64,000 nt of DNA. Source: Chiloscyllium plagiosum (taxonomy: Eukaryota). The stretch is from assembly GCF_004010195.1 (NCBI RefSeq), contig NC_057718.1, forward strand, positions 98,965,794 through 99,029,793. The letters are read 5' to 3'. Shown here one piece after another: positions 39,361-52,853 of the stretch. Position 1 is the stretch's first letter; each line of letters opens with the position of its first letter. The notes beneath the pieces were generated by a model. It ran no database searches and was not told the origin of the DNA. It saw nothing but the letters and a program-made list of their open reading frames with translations. The position numbers and the translations under genes were made by a program.

Positions 39361-39773
39361 GTTGAGGTGCCAGTGTTGGACTGGGGTGGACAAAGTTAAA
39401 AAATCACACAACACCAGGTTATAGTCCAGCAGGTTCATTTGGATGTAGTAGCTCATGAATGCATTGTCTGAGCTAAGATGTCCCCTTTTTTAAATAAGAC
39501 CATAAGTTATCTTAAGAATGTGACTTGGATGAAGTTCTGGTTTTTACATATTAATGAACCAAAACCAAATCGATTCCAAACGATGAAAGACTTAACATCA
39601 ATCTAGGTTTGTTCAATATATCATTTCAGTTGCGTGACACTGTGATCCTTTGCTATAAATTCTGTGTTTTATGATCCTGCTGCATGGCTACGTCATGACT
39701 AAGCAGCGCTCCGAAAGCTAGTACTTCCAAATAAACCTGTTGGACTATAACCTGTTGTTGTGTGCTTTTTAAC
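39361..39773. mobile_element. Family B PLE: short inverted pLTR and longer forward pLTR, imperfect 13-bp TSD
   Basis: TGACAACTATGAT (39348-39360) and TGACAGTTATGAT (39774-39786). 39460-39773 is homologous to 30540-30856. Confidence 0.82.
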
Positions 39774-40129
39774 TGACAGTTATGATATAGCCACAGCATT
39801 TGGTTTCAAATTGAATTTTCATGCTAATATATAAAGTGACAAAGATTTGAGGACCTGATTTAAGTACACTATTTATAAATTACATTTGTGTTATGCAATG
39901 CAAAATACCTACTTGACTATATCTTCCCTAATCCCATAGATTCTACTGTTCTTTGATGCATTAGCTGCACATGTTATATAATTTTTCATCGTGTTGTAGC
40001 ATCGTTTTCACCCTCCTTTCCAGAATTTACTGAAGAGGGCTCAATTCTTTAATCCTGCCTGTCTAACTGTGTTAAATGGAAAATACTTTTTCCCTATTGT
40101 ATCACACAGAATGAGTATAAAAATAGGGA

Positions 40130-40206
40130 TGCTACCTGACTGTGCTTTTCCAGCACCACACACTCGACTCTGATCTCCAGCATCTGCACTCCTCACTTTT
40201 CTCCTC
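40130..40206 (+). mobile_element. Family A pLTR 3' fragment with 12-bp TSD
   Basis: TAAAAATAGGGA (40118-40129) and TAAAGATAGGGA (40207-40218). Confidence 0.72.
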
Positions 40207-40218
40207 TAAAGATAGGGA

Positions 40219-40785
40219 AGTCCTGTTAAAACTATAGTCATACCTCACCTAGAAAACTGTGAACATCCTTTCCCTTATCTCAGGAAGGATATACTGGTAT
40301 TGGAGGAATTTCAGAGAAGGGTCACTAGGTTGATTTCAGACATTTGAGGATGGGGGTACTCTTCTTGTCAGGAGAAGTGTTGCCTGTACTCAATGGAGAT
40401 TAGAAGAATGAGTGAGACTTTATTGAAACATTCTTGGGGGCGTTGATTGGGTAGATGCTGAAAAGTGGTTTTCCCATGTGGGAGGTTCAGGACCAGGGAG
40501 TATTATCCAGCAAAAGATGACACACAGTTAGGAGATAGATGAGGAATTTCTTCCCTTAGTGGGTAGTCAGCTGTGAAACACATTACAACAAAGGACTGTC
40601 GAGGTTGGATCATTGAGTATATTCAAGGGTGTGATAGATAGATGTTTTAGTCAGTGAGGAAATTGAGACTTGTAGGCAAAAGGAAGGAGAATGGAGTTGA
40701 GGGTTACCAAATCAGCCATAGCATCACTGAATGGTGAAGCAGAGTCAGTGGGTCAATGGTCTGCTTTTGCTCCTATGTCTTATAG
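40219..40785 (+). mobile_element. Degenerate CR1 3' end
   Basis: Remnants of P.LE.C..SPYLRKD...QRR.TRLI and a CR1-like tail. Confidence 0.65.
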
Positions 40786-41052
40786 CTTTTCCAGCAACTT
40801 CTTTCGGTTTTTATTTAGTATATTATGCTTGGGTAATCATTTCTGAATTCCGTCAATTTTATGATTTTTAGTCTTCATTCTTTTAAATTCTCGCGACTTT
40901 TAAGTAAATAATGGATTAAAATACTGGCTACACATGGCCCTTTCTTCTGCTATACACCAGATCATTTTTTTGTTTCTTCTTTGCATCTTTACATTGTGCA
41001 TGAACATTTTAGTAAGGGAGTGAGTTTTATAAAATTGTTCATCAGTATATAT

Positions 41053-41361
41053 GATTAGATTACTTACAGTGTGGAAACAGGCCCTTCGGCCCAACAAGTC
41101 CACACAAGACCCTCCGAAGAGCAACCCACCCAGACCTACTCCCCCACGTTTACCCCTTCACCTAACACCACGGGCAATTTAGCATGGCCAATTCACCTAA
41201 CCTGCGCATTTTTGGACTGTGGGAGGAAACCAGAGCACCCAGAGGAAACCCACGCAGACACGGGGAGAATGTGCAAACTCCACACAGATAGTTGCCTGAG
41301 GCGGGAATTGAACCCGGGTCTCTGGTGCTGTGAGGCAGCAGTGCTAACCACCGTGCCGCCC
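41053..41361 (-). mobile_element. HE1-type shark V-SINE, near full length
   Basis: Minus strand: GGGCGGCACGGTGGTTAGC (A box), GGTTCAATTCC (B box), V-domain TGTGTGGAGTTTGCACATTCTCCCCGTGTCTGCGTGGGTTTCCTC, TCTAA tail. Confidence 0.9.
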
Positions 41362-42349
41362 AATATAAATACACTCTCTCCAGTATTTTTGTGTCTATAG
41401 ATGTAAAATCTGATTCACATCTTTAAAGGAACAATTGATCAGATTTCAATGCTAATTATATTTGCGTGAGTAACAGCAGATAACAAAAGCCTTGGGAGTG
41501 ATGATGAGAGAATAAGGGCAAACTGAATGCAGGGGAATTTGAGAGTCAGACCTGTTATTGGAAATTGAAGTGTAAATGTTTACTGCAACATTTCTAATAA
41601 AAAGGAGAGAAGCACGGAGTAAGCAATTGATAGTGATGGGATGTCCCTGTTGAATTACTTTCTCTCTCAAGCCTTTTTCATGGCATGTGATACCTGTGTC
41701 CACTGTTTGTTGGGCTGTGATGTGGGAGATTGGTAAGATCTAACACTGCCACAAGTCTTTCAACTAACATTGTCCCAGCTTCAATTGCTACTTGATCTGC
41801 TTTTACAGATGATCAGTTTGCAAATAAAAGCAAATAAATAGGAAGCTATCTTAGCAGTTAGCCATTTTTTTCCTTCTACTTTCAGTTTTAGCTATCCTCG
41901 TGAACTGGGTTATCCCCTTCTCTCACCCAAGATAGGTCTTGGATTAAGTTATCCTTACTTCTGGTACTTAAGAATTTAAGCAACTAAAGGACTACACTTG
42001 AGCTTAATCAAAATTCTGGAAAGTGACTAAGAGTAGCCACTGCAGTGATTGAAGAACAGCAAGGCTTACTTAGAGCAGGTAAAGGTTTGCAAACTGTATG
42101 GTTCATCTTTTGTCCATGACATTCTTACTATGAATTATCAGAAAGATGTATTATATATGTGTACAGCAGATATTTAAAAGAAGGCAGATCATGTACATCA
42201 TGTCTTTCGATTTCTAATTACCTTCAAGCTTGTGTACTCAATATCAAAACTTCACTCATTTTATTAGAAAGTCTTGTTAATGTTTGAGACTGACCAAATT
42301 TTACACGCCAAAAATTTCAGTGCCTCAGCTCCTAAAGTAGTTTATGTCT

Positions 42350-43005
42350 ACATTGGAGAAACCAAATGCAGGCTGGGTGACTGCCTTAAAGAGCACCTCA
42401 GGTCTATGCGCAAGCATAACCCTGATCTTCCTGTAGCTGGTCATTTTAACACAGTGTCCTGTTTGCATGCCCACTTGTCTGTCCTCGGCATGCTGCAATG
42501 CTCCAGTGAATCAACCTCTCCTTTTCAGTCTGGGCACTTTACAGCCTTCTGGACTTAATATTAAATTCAACACTTTCAAATTGTGAACCAACTCCCATTC
42601 TTTCTTTTCTTTTAGCTTTGCTTATTACCTTCTCCCATTTCTTCCCTTTCTTTTAGCTTTACTTGTTACTTCTCTGTCACTGTGTCTTCCCTCCTCAATC
42701 CCTACCTCAGTGGGACTGTCAGCACATTCAAGCCAGCAGTTAGACACACAATTGTTCTGCCATTCTCACATTCTGATCACTTAATCTGAACTATCAACAT
42801 CTTTTATTCACCACCACTTTACACCCACTGCCCTCAACTGCAATTTCCACCCCCCTCCCCCCAGCCTTGCAAGCTATAGCATAAATGTTGCCCCCCTCCA
42901 CAATTCACTTCAGCTCTGATGAAGAGTCATCTAGACTCAAAATGTTAGCTTGTGCCCTCTTTGGATTCTGTCTGACCTGCTGCAATCTCCAGCATTTGTT
43001 TTTTC
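42350..43005 (+). mobile_element. 5'-truncated Penelope-like element (family D): GIY-YIG remnant and pLTR with hammerhead-like motif, 14-bp TSD
   Basis: YIGETKCRLGDCLKEHLRS...PVAGHFN. GCT-CTGATGA-AGAGTC-ATCTA-GACTC-AAAA-TGTT-AGC at about 42913-42949. TSD AGTAGTTTATGTCT (42336-42349) and AGTGGTTTATGTCT (43006-43019). Confidence 0.85.
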
Positions 43006-44079
43006 AGTGGTTTATGTCTCTCCTCACTGCTATCAACCAACCTATTTTTGCCATTTACAAGTAGATGGATAGAAAGAATGGAACGTAACCATAAAATAAA
43101 TTGTTCAAAAGGGTTCTGATTTTATTCTGGTTCCAAAACTTAAGAAAAAATAAATTTATGAATAGTGCCAAAGAACCTCAGTAGGTTTGGCAGTATCTGT
43201 GGAGAGAGGTACAGAATTAACGTTTCAAGTACAATATGATTGTTCGTTGGAGCTGTGTTTTCTGTTTTGTTTTTGATGTCCAGTATATACAGTGTTTTGC
43301 ATTTATAGAATTATATTGTTATATTAACTTATATAAGACTGGGCCAGGAGCATGAAAATAGGATTAGAATAGTTATGTGCTTGTTTTGATCGGCATGTTC
43401 TTGATGGGCTGAAGGACCTTTGCTGTGCCACAGACCTCTATGACTCTGACTCTGAAAATTAATACAAATATGTCTCTGTGATAAGGGAGACTACAGTTAT
43501 TTTGTTCTTTCTTAAAAACAACTGGAGTTGCTAGAGATCTGAAACAAAAATAAATACATTTCTGGAGGGACTCACCAGATCTGGCAGCATCTGTGGAGAG
43601 AGAAAGAGTTAATATTTCAAGTCCAGTGACTAGTCTGAAAATGAGCAGGCAATTCTCAGTATTTTGGCCAACATTCCTACCTCAAACAGTGTCAACCAAA
43701 AAGTATAATGAGATTAGCGGTCATTTATTTGCTGTTCTCAGGACCCTTGTAGGTGCAATTGGTTACCATCTTTACCTTCGTAACAATGCCCTCTCCTTTC
43801 TATTTATTTTTACTACTTTCTCTCAAACATCCAAGTAAACAAAGCCTTCAAAAGTTACCCTAATCCCCGAGTAGACAATTCAGCAAAATCGCAGTTTGCA
43901 ATCTGCACTACTCAACTATAGTTAGTGATATTCCACCATTGAGAAAGTCAGAACGCAGCAAACGTACAGTATGCACAAATGGCTGGGCAAAAAAAAACTC
44001 TAACTGAAAAGGCAATCTTTCCAGTCTGTTCAATTATAATTAATTCCCAATCTGAGAACCAGCAGCTCTGAAGAGAGGG

Positions 44080-44352
44080 CTGCAGGACTCCAGGACTTGA
44101 GCACAAAAATCAAGCTGACAGTCCTGAGGGAGTGTTGCACTGTGGGATGTTTTTCACAGGAAACTATTTTGAAGAACAGCGGGGAATTTATCCCCCAGTC
44201 AAAAACAGACAATCTGGGTTATTACAGCATTGCTTTTTGTGGAAACTTTGTGTGCCCTATATAAAAGAATGACCACATTTTAGAAATACTATTTTGGTTG
44301 TACAGTGCTTTGGGATTTCTGGTGGTTGTGAAAGGTGCTGTATAAATGCAAG
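44080..44352 (+). mobile_element. DeuSINE-like (SacSINE1-like) SINE
   Basis: GGACTTGAGCACAAAAATCAAGCTGAC head, CATTGCT..TTGTGG central motif, GTGAAAGGTGCTGTATAAATGCAAG tail. Confidence 0.6.
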
Positions 44353-47051
44353 CATTTTTTTCTCTGTGTAGATCTCTGTCAAAAAGTGTGTTTAGAAAAT
44401 AATTTAGATAGCTGTAACTTGGATATCATTGGAGTAGATATTTTTAAGTAGTTTCTCGAGGTGGTTACCAGAATCATAGACCTCAGTGCTCCATAAGGAG
44501 CCACTGCACTTGTTGAAAGCCAGTGGAGAAACTGAGAATTGTTGAAAAACATGTTAGGCTGCATTGGAAAAATCCAAGTCACAAAACTATGTATCCGGAA
44601 ACATGGTAACGGCAGAAAGCATTAAACAATATAAAGATGTGATCATTGCAGTAGGGAAAGATTCCAAATGGCTTTAATTTGGAATCTTGCGCTGCAGTTG
44701 TTCTAATATGCCTGAGGCAGAAAGTGTTTGCTATGGATTTCATACACTGGAGTGAAGTCCAGATAACGCTAAGGATTGTATTCAGGATTTAATTCTTTTC
44801 TTGTGAGCTTGGTATGTTATAGTACTTATTTTTAGCTTTGCATCCTAAGTCTGATTCTGCGTTCCTACTATTTCTGTTGTGACATACTGCAGTTTCCAAC
44901 AAGCAAGAGATTAGGCCTTGAATGAATCAGCTAGAAGAAACTTACTGTGGAGCTTTGGTTATGGTTATGTTCAAAACAGAAAATATGATGTGCCATTTCA
45001 TTTCATTATTTACTTTTGGTTTACCTTTTGACACTAAAGATAGTTTGGATTGCAAAGAACAGCAAAGTTTGGGATACAATGCAGATAACCAGTATTCCCC
45101 ATTTGAACTCAGTAATGAATCCTCAACTGATGTAATTCAGTTTGATGAACAGGCATTGATGACAGCTTGAGCCTATTGTCAGATGCTGAGTAGATGCAAG
45201 TTCAAACAGAAAAATTTACTCCTCTGTCTTCACAGGAAGAGTTAACAGTACTCATGAGAGCTCATATCAAGCAAGAAATATTCCTCAGTTAGTGACTAAA
45301 GAGTTGGATGTGTTGGTTACACCAATCATGCCATCAGCGTGGACAAATGAAAACGTAGACTTTCGGAGCAAATTGAAGTAGAGAAAACCTGCACACCAGC
45401 ATTGGTTTGCCGGAAGATTGAGAATAAAAGTCTGCTCCCACAACAAAGATGTGGTGCTTGCGATTCTGTGGACACTACCACTGAGATGGGATAACCAGTG
45501 TTCACAGGCTCAGGATATTATCAAGAAAAAAACGATACCTTGTTTAAATATCCAGGATACTGCAAAAAAAACTTTCAACAAGTTACCAACCCCTGCAAAA
45601 GAAGGAAATTCATAAGATTAAGACTTCTGTAGATATTACAATTGCCCTCCGTGAGATGTACTCCATGGAGGAGATCGAAGGGATTAAAGATCCTCTACTT
45701 TAAAGGGACCCAGACACCTCACTTTGTTGAGAATGGAATCAAAGTCAACAGTCTTCAAGGAGACCTACAAATCTTCCTGAAGTGTTGATACAAGCGAGAC
45801 TGGTTCATGTAGCACAGATCAAGAACAGAAATGAGTAGAAATTAGTCAGTGACCAATTTTGTGTATGAAGTGGGTGATGTACCAAAATGTACACCCAATC
45901 CAAAAATCCCAGAGCCAAGTCAAAGTGTAATCTTAGGCCTTAGTTAAATAATCTAGGCAAACTGCAGATGTTTGTAGCTGAATCACAGATGACTTCCCTT
46001 TATGCAGGGATGAATGCTGTTTGCCTTGCTGGCAGCACTCTTGGGAAAGTGCCATGGAAGTGTGGAGAACCAAGGCAGCACAGCTAATTGTCCTCGAGTG
46101 CTGTGGAACCAGAAAATGGTCTCCTGCTCCTCCTCTTCCTCCTGCTGCTGCTCTTCCCCCTACTTCCTATATCAAAATTTAAGAAAATGTTTATTTCTCA
46201 TGCTAATTGTTTTCTATACTGGATCTGTTGATTAACACATGGGTGGAGCAGGCCCCTGGCAGCCCATTTTTGAAACTGGTGCAGATGATTTGCATGTTCT
46301 AATGAAGAAATTAACACCTGCCCAGCCACATGAGAGAGGCCCACTCCAATATTGGGTTGACCATCTTTCGGGTGTCCTTGAGCCATGGGATGTTGGTCCA
46401 CAAAATTGCTCTATTTTGCATCTGTAAAATGGGTGCAAATATGGCTGCCATGAGCTCTAATGTCTAAAGCATGTTGTATTGAGGCATTGAAGGATAATCA
46501 ACACCATTGTTGACCAAATGTTGGTCAAAATATCGTGTAATAAATTTTTAAGATTCGTTAATAGAGCCTGGATTTATTGCTCATCCCCAGTTACCGTTGC
46601 AAAGGTGATGGTAAGCTGAAGTCTGTTAGGTGTCAGTACCCCACAATGCTGTTAGGGTGGGAATTACAGAAATCTGATCCTGTGGTACTGAAGGAACGGT
46701 GATGCATTTCCAAGTCAGGTCTGTAAGTGGCTTGTAGTGGAACTTGCAGGTGGTAGTGACCTCTATATTTGCTGCTCTTGAGCTTCTAGATGGTACAGTA
46801 TTGATCAGGAGTGTGAAAGCTTTTGTCTAAGGAGCCTTGGTGAAATTCTGCAGTGCATCTTGTAGAGCTGCTGCTGTATATCAGTGGTGGAGGGAGTGAG
46901 TGCTTGTGGATGTGTTGCCAGCTGAAAGGGCTGCGTTGTCCTGGATATTGTCAAGCTTTTTGGATGGTGTTCCGGCTGCACTTATCCAGGGTTTCTGTCA
47001 CATTCCTCATTTGGTCCTTGCACATAGTGGACAGACTGTGGGGAAAGACAA

Positions 47052-47377
47052 GATTAGATTGCATTAGACTAGATTACTTACAGTGTGGAAACAGGCCCAT
47101 CAGCCCAACAAGTCCACACCGATCCTCTGAAGAGCAACCCACCCAGACTCTTTCCCCACATTTACCCCTTCACCTAACACTACGGGCAATTTAGCATGGC
47201 CAATTCACTTAACCTGCACATCTTTGGACTGTGGGAGGAAACCAGAGCACCCGGAGGAAACCCATGCATACACTGGGAGAATGTGCAAACTCCACACAGT
47301 TACCTGACGTGGGAATTGAACCCAGGTCTCTGGCGCTGTGAGGCAGCTGTGCTAACCACTGTGCCACCGTGCCACCC
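47052..47377 (-). mobile_element. HE1-type shark V-SINE
   Basis: Highly similar to 41053-41361. Confidence 0.9.
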
Positions 47378-47421
47378 AGATATTCCTAGTCTAGGACCTG
47401 CTGTTGTAGCCATGGTATTTA

Positions 47422-49037
47422 CAAAGGAACCTCGATTATCCGAATAAGATGGGCGGGCGCTATTTCATTCGGATAATTGATTCAATGCTTCTCCTCTGCG
47501 GGCCCGAAGTTTTTCGAAGTTTCCTTTTTCCTTGCTCTGCCTGCCTTGCTCCCTCTCTCTATCTCAGGGTTTGTTTCTGAGCAGACACACAGTTCTGTGT
47601 AAGGGACCTGCAGCATTGCTGAAGCCTACCGCATTCTACCCCCCACCCCCCAAAAAAAATCAGTTTGATGGGATTGAGAGCGAATACTTGCTACGTCAGC
47701 TCCCTGTTCGGGAGACTAGACAGCAGCACACCACGTTCAAGGCGCCCCCCCCCCGCCCTGTCCAACACTGTCTCCGCCTGCCCCCACCCACTGTCTGACC
47801 TGGTTGACCAGCTCCCCGTGCCCCCGCTTTCCTTCTCTGGGGCAGCTGGCTGGAGACCAACAGCAAGACTGCTACACCTAGGCGCACACACCCAGACAAA
47901 CACAGACACGCACACACTCTCTGTACAGGACAATTTGGAAAGAGTATCTGGGGAAGGGGGGAGGGGGGTTTAGGGTAACTTTAGAACTGTGTAGAACTTT
48001 AGGGAAAGTGTGGGAAGAGAGAAGGCAGGCAGTCAGTCATTTGGAGACAGTGCCTGGGCTCCCATCAATGTCCAGGACTGTTCTTGGCAGCATTTCAGAG
48101 TTCATTTTTAATCATTGTGAAGTGGCAGATGGAGTTTAATTCAGATAAATGTGAGGTGCGGCATTTTGGGAAAGCAAATCTTAGCAGGACCTATACACTT
48201 ATTGGTAAGGTCCTAGGAGTGTTGCTGAACAAAGAGACCTCAGAGTGCAGGTTCATAGCTCCTTGAAAGTGGAGTCGCAGGTAGATAGGATAGTGAAGGA
48301 GGCGTTTGGTATGCTTTCCTTTATTGGTCAGAGTATTGAGTACAGGAGTTGGGAGGTCATGTTGCGGCTGTACAGGACATTGGTTAGGCCACTGTTGGAA
48401 TATTGCGTGCAATTCTGGTCTCCTTCCTATTGGAAAGATGTTGTGAGACTTGAGAGGGTTCAGAAGCGTTTTACAAGGATGTTGCCAGGGTTGGAGGATC
48501 TGAGCTATAGGGAGAGGCTGAACAGGCTGGGGCTGTTTTTCCTGGAGCGTTGGAGGCTGAGGGGTGACCTTATAGAGGTTTACAAAATCATGAGGGGCAT
48601 GGATAGGATAAATAGACAAAGTCTTTTCCCTGGGGCCGGGGAGTCCAGAACTAGAGGGCCATAGGTTTAGGATGAGAGGGGAAAGATATAAAAGAGACCT
48701 CAGGGGCAACTTTTTCACACAGAGTGGTACGTGTATGGAATGAGCTGCCAGAGGATGTGGTGGAACCTGGTACAATTGCAACATTTAAGAGGCATTTGGA
48801 TGGGTATATGAATAGGAAGGGTTTGAAGGGATATGGGCCGGGTGCTGGCAGGTGGGACTAGATTGGGTTGGGATATCTGGCCGGCATGGACAGGTTGGAT
48901 CGAAGGGTCTGTTTCCATGCTGTACATCTCTAAACAAAAGACACGATCAAATGTAATGTTTCTATTGGGACTTTGAGATCTTCTTTGGATAATCCAAAAT
49001 TCAGATAATTGATACTCACATAATTGAGGTTCCTCTG
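47422..49037. mobile_element. Non-autonomous Tc1/mariner (pogo/Tigger-like) DNA transposon carrying a CR1 insertion
   Basis: TIRs CAAAGGAACCTCGATTAT and ATAATTGAGGTTCCTCTG. TA TSD at 47420-47421 and 49038-49039. Confidence 0.8.
48115..48930 (+). mobile_element. Young CR1 LINE 3' end
   Basis: Well-preserved peptide LYRTLVRPLLEYCVQFWSP...QKRFTRMLPGL...RLRGDLIEVYKI and CR1 tail. Confidence 0.93.
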
Positions 49038-52000
49038 TATATGGCTAGTCCAGTTCACTTTCTGGATCAATGGTAACCCCCTACTAAGATGTTAGTGGCA
49101 GATTCAGCAATGGTAATGCCATTGAAGTTTGAGGGGCAATGGTTAGATTTTTTGTGGTGGAGATGGTGATTGGATTGCACCTGTTAATGTTACTTGCCAA
49201 CTTATCAGCCCAAACCTGGATATTATCCAAGTCTCGCTGCATTTGAGCATAGACTGCTTCGGTGTCTGAGAAGTTGCACATAGTGCATAACCTTATACAA
49301 CCATTGTCCCTGCTTCTGACCTTAAGATATAAATCAGATTATTGATGATGTAGTCTACATAATGAGCATCTATACTTTGTTAGCAGAAGTGTTTCTAGAC
49401 CAGAATAGTCTGTGGTACATCTGTTTCTGAGGATACCCAAGTTTGATCGGACGTTGTCACAGGCATGAATTCAGTGCAATTAATGCTGGCCCTGTACAGA
49501 ATATTGTTTACACAAACTGAATACTTTTCCAGTCAGTCCTTGAATGGAAGCCATTTTCCAGTGGACATTGATGAAGCCTGGCTAAAACCTGAGGTTATTT
49601 AAGTGTTTGACATGCAAGATATTATTTACAGCTGAACAGCATTGCAACTTAAATTGCTCTCAATATTACACGTGCTTCTAATATTGAAGGGAGATTGAAA
49701 ACATGAACAAAACCTGTAGTATTGGCCTGCTTCAACCATCTACTTGTAACTGAGCCAGTTTCAACCATTTAGTTGCTATTTAAGGGATACCAAACCAATA
49801 GCATACCAGCATGTTCTGCATCCATGACAAGGAACCACAGTCATGAAGCATTTGAAGTGATTATGCTAGTAAACTCCCCAGCTGTCCACAGGCTATTTGA
49901 GGTAGTTTTTAGAAAAGCAAATCTGCTTTATTTCTAAAATAACTTACTTATCTGGCTTCATGAACTCTGCCTAAATAAACCAGTTTAATTATCATGCACA
50001 ATTTGATAAATGCAGTTTTGAGACCCTTCCTATTTTACACTGCCTTTCTATCTTACTCTTGCTTACATAAGCTGTTAATTAACTTTAAGGTAAATGTGAG
50101 TTATCCTTTGTAACAGCTTGCAGTTGTGTTTAATGTACAGCTAATATGTTACCAACTTGCAAGATTAGTTATGTGATCTTGATTGAAAGGTTATCAAAAA
50201 TGTTGAGAATGTAATGATTAAATTCCCTAGTTAAAATTGAAGTGTTACATGAATTTGATTTTTTTTTTAAATTATGAGCTTATTTGTCATTTTGTAAGTA
50301 GCCAACAATGTGCCTTCTTTACTCTGAAATGCAGTTTATACAAAATGTTAGTGGTGAAGTTATGCAGGTGCCAGATTCCGCTGGGACAGGAACACCTGCC
50401 AGGCTGCTCCAGATAACTCAGCAGCTTTGAGGCATTTTCCCAGGCTCCCAGATGAATGGTCACTAATAGCCGTGGGAGAGGGCTTCCAGTGTCGCATAGT
50501 GTACCACATTCTCTACTTGGCACTGTTATGTAGCTAAAGTCTGTTTGGCTGTGATTGCAACTTTTAAATAAGATGGAAGAAATATGCAGCTGAGTTTTTT
50601 TTTTATTTTCATTTGGATAATTCTTAAGTTTAGTAAGCATAACAAAACACTCTAAATTTAAGTTGGTAACTTTGAAATATAAGCAACTGCGGTATCTCCT
50701 AAAATGGTGTAACTTGATTACAGCCAGTGTATCAGATAAGTGCAAGGCTGGAAAAGGCTGAAGGTAGCTGCCAAAAATGACTAAAAGTAATTGCACATCA
50801 TTCTGCAGTCGGTGAAGTTATTTTGAAAGTTTACATGACTTGAAATGCTCAGACATACTTGACCACTTCCCAGCTTCAAGCAGAGACATGTAACTGTGCT
50901 ATCTCCTGGGAAATAAAAAATTCACTGAAAACATTATTTGTAAAAACCAGTGTGGTCAGCAATCTGCTTGTTGTGTGGCTTAGAATTTTTTCACAAATAG
51001 ATTCAAAAGTTTTGCGTTCATGCACTTTGATGGATTATTGCAGCTGATCATTTTATTAGCTATGCTGATATTCAATATTTGTAAGTTGACAGTTTCTTTC
51101 CTATTGAGTTGGATTCAGTTCCTCAACTTTGTATTTTGTTGAGAAAACCTGATATTGTAAAATGATGAGCATTATTTAACATACAATAAAAGTTAGGAAT
51201 TCTTTGCCGAAGCTACATCTATTGTTCATTATGATTTATCACAATGTGCCCACCATGATTTTAGCTTTCACTCTTCTTTTTCATCGATTATTATCTTGTT
51301 AACTTTATTTTATAGAAATTTGTTTGTTATCTTAGCTTGTTATTATTGGTCAGATGAGAAAAAAAATTAATTTTGCAGGCACACTTGTGAGAGTTCACCG
51401 TTAAGTCTTAAATCAAAAGGTATTGATTACCCCTTGAGAAAAATGTCTCCTTGATTGATACAGTTCCAAACGGGGTTGACTGATAGGTGAGAGATTTTTA
51501 AACACTTGTTCTCCTAAAATCCATTTGAAGAATATGAGATTCTAAGAATCCCTTGAGGCACCACTTCCTTAAACCTTACATGAATGAGTCTCTCTCTGGG
51601 AACAAGCTAACATAATCCGTTTGCTATAATAACTTAAGTTCTCTCTTACAGCAGGCTCACTTGACAAGGTGGCTAGATTTAACTCTGATTACTTCTATCA
51701 ATGGGATCAATCCTAATTGCCATTGTAAGCTTTAGATTAGACAGGGCATTGAAATCTCCATCCTCACACCTAGTACTTTATTGAATGGAAAGGAAATGAG
51801 AGTGAACTTTGCATTGTAATACCTGATTTGAAAATGTGCATGTCCTTTTCTCATTTTTATGATTTTGTTTTGCATGTTCACTATTACCAAATGCCTAAGT
51901 GTTTTATCTTTCCAGTTAAGTGATCCATCTTGCCTTAATCAGTTGTACATTTATGGACACCACTATTTTCCATTGTGAATCTTTGAGGAGCACCTTTGGA

Positions 52001-52853
52001 TAATGCAAAATGGTTTAAGATGTCAAAAGTTCAACATCAATCAATACTTTGATCCTCATGACCTTAGTGGGAAAAAGTGCACTGGAAATCAAGCCACGAA
52101 TCATCCCGCACATGAAATATGACCAATCTAATGTCCAGGATGTATAATGCCTGACCACTATTTAAGATAAAATGAACCTGTACCAAGTCTCTTTAATGAA
52201 CAAGAAAACAAAGCCTATTTATTTTAACTAATTATTCCTCTAACATGGGGAAATAAACAGAATTTGTGTGGTCAATGTACACACTTAAGCTTAATATCCC
52301 TTTAAATCCAAGCACACACATGTCATTCATAAATGGGTAGGACAAGACAGATGAGAGAAACCTTTTTTAAGAAATATCGTGGGTGGAAAATATAAACAAA
52401 AAGGCACAAAGTCTGTGGATCAGAGTCCAAACTAAAATGGGTGGGACGAAATGAGATGACTTGCTTTTTTTGTTGTTTTGATAGCACGTTGTTGATAGCT
52501 TATAGTTGTCAATTGCAGTCATCCTCAATTTGGTAGCCAGTCAATTAGACCTAGGTCTTGGCCAGATTTAAAAATTTTCTTTTTTCTTTGCAAAGTCTTT
52601 GAGAGTTATTACTTGACATTCAGAGAGAGAGAGAGATTTCACTTGCTGCCAGGCTTGAAGGTTTATGTCCTAACTGTTCTCTTTCCTCTCAATTCTGTGG
52701 CAAACTGTCACGACCAGTCCACAAGCTTTTGCCAGGTAGTTACTTAGATTTCAAAGATGTCTGGTGCTGGTGAATCCCACAAAACTATCAAAATCCTGTT
52801 TCCTTAAAAGAACACCACACAGTTCAACTTCTCCTTTGAGAAGTTTTTTTAAA

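Larger units (their letters stand above)
46560..49330 (-). mobile_element. Old CR1-clade LINE fragmented by later insertions (pieces at 46560-47045, 47378-47419 and 49040-49330)
   Basis: Minus-strand peptide MQRDLDNIQVWADK. The sequence reads continuously across the TA target site (GGTATTTA|TATGGCTAGTCCAG). Confidence 0.7.

Noticed and set aside
41290..41361. tRNA gene
   Set aside because: The A and B boxes belong to a SINE head followed by a V-domain and LINE tail. No complete cloverleaf.
45200..46550. Possible decayed LTR-retrotransposon or DNA-transposon coding sequence
   Set aside because: Looks repeat-derived, but I could not recover a diagnostic motif or terminus.
48191..48784. 197-aa minus-strand ORF
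   Set aside because: Antisense frame of a young CR1 ORF2 fragment.
50287..50796. 169-aa minus-strand ORF
   Set aside because: No recognisable domain, an alternative start codon and no supporting splice structure. Probably a chance ORF.
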